From the NCBI GenBank assembly GCA_963695555.1, contig CAVOGR010000001.1, forward strand, positions 608,001 to 672,000: DNA of 64,000 nt, in the 5' to 3' direction. The DNA comes from an uncultured Gemmatimonadales bacterium. Its GTDB lineage: Bacteria; Gemmatimonadota; Gemmatimonadetes; Gemmatimonadales; GWC2-71-9. The translations under genes were made by a program, and so were the position numbers. Positions 63,305-64,000 of this stretch are shown here, one piece after another (position 1 is the first letter of the stretch; each line of letters begins with the position of its first letter). Under the pieces are notes generated by a model. The model worked only from the letters and a program-made list of their open reading frames with translations, searched no databases and had not been told where the DNA came from.

Positions 63305-64000
63305 CTTAGGGCGGATGGAATGATGGTGCGGAATCCGGCCTGGCTGAGCACTTCCTTGATTTCATCCATCGTAAACTCTGCCTCGAGCCGATCCTCGATA
63401 TTGACCGCCGGGGGGCGGAGCTTCTCTTCGGTCCACACCGTCCCGACGACGTTGGTCTCGCCTGGTTTGAGCTGCATGGAGCCGATCGCCTTTCCCAGAA
63501 AGCGTACGGCCATCGCCACCTTCAGCAGGATGGCCGGATTCTCCTCGGTCATGCGCTTGATCCACCGGTTCCCGAAGCGCACGTGGGTAATCTCGTCGGC
63601 CAGGATGCTTTCGAGCATGTCGGCGGTGGCATGATCGCCTTCCTTCCGCCATTTGTCCCGGAGCGTGCCCAGGAGATCGATCAACCCCGCCTCGAAGGTG
63701 CGGTTCTGCACCGCGAGGCGGCCCGGCAGGTTGTCCAGCATGTTGGTTACGCCCCATTCGAAGTTTGCGATGGGGAACTCGCCCTTCGCGCCGCCCATTT
63801 CCACCAGCCGGTTCAGCAGGAGGTCGGCGTGCCGGGCCTCATCCGTGGCCTGCCGCGCCAGGTTCATGCGGAGGCCCCAGGGCGCCTCCGGGAAGTCCAC
63901 CAGAGCCTGCGCCGCGATTTCCATCGCGCCGGTCTCATTGTTCATGTGGCGGTGGATCCGCTCACGGCGGGAAATCTCCGACATGTCGGGCCACTCGTGC
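63301..64000 (-). CDS. DUF455-like ferritin-fold di-iron protein, paralogue 1 (5' end probably outside the window)
   Basis: HRHMNNE...DEARH...NRTFEA...ADEITHVRFG.RW; frame open to the window edge (..HEWPDMSE). Confidence 0.82.
   Translation of the reverse strand, partial: HEWPDMSEISRRERIHRHMNNETGAMEIAAQALVDFPEAPWGLRMNLARQATDEARHADLLLNRLVEMGGAKGEFPIANFEWGVTNMLDNLPGRLAVQNRTFEAGLIDLLGTLRDKWRKEGDHATADMLESILADEITHVRFGNRWIKRMTEENPAILLKVAMAVRFLGKAIGSMQLKPGETNVVGTVWTEEKLRPPAVNIEDRLEAEFTMDEIKEVLSQAGFRTIIPSALR

Overview
High-GC bacterial chromosome segment, most likely Gemmatimonadota (EF-Tu carries the '[19 protein letters not shown]' switch-I variant). Left to right: (1) a coupled minus-strand operon of TPR protein, degenerate macrodomain, Cys-less transglutaminase-like protein and ABC transporter; (2) uvrA, a DPP-IV peptidase, a non-canonical Psp module (two TM/coiled-coil paralogues, a CesT/YbjN-like chaperone, pspA) and a DUF1611 protein; (3) a sulfane-sulfur island, with DsrE2, TusA, persulfide dioxygenase and tandem rhodanese divergent from SulP, a fused Fe-S/NrfD subunit, a Tat-less molybdoenzyme and a TorD chaperone; (4) cysS, four tRNAs and tuf-rpmG-secE-nusG-rplKAJL-rpoBC, where about 25.3-30.3 kb is full of indels that look like assembly errors; (5) a hemerythrin-like gene and a 15-kb operon korA-korB-(pseudo-PFOR beta paralogue)-rnfB-PFOR(+fused ferredoxin)-rnfCDGEA-Cys-rich miniprotein-apbE; (6) an uncharacterised biosynthetic-looking cluster that runs off the right edge, with two DUF455 di-iron proteins, an S26-like peptidase, a formyltransferase, two paralogous HTTM + membrane-partner pairs, a nucleotidyltransferase and a 67-aa acidic peptide. 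The best candidates for undescribed systems are (6) and the PFOR/pseudo-PFOR/Rnf operon in (5). All calls are by eye from motifs and gene context; no database searches were run.
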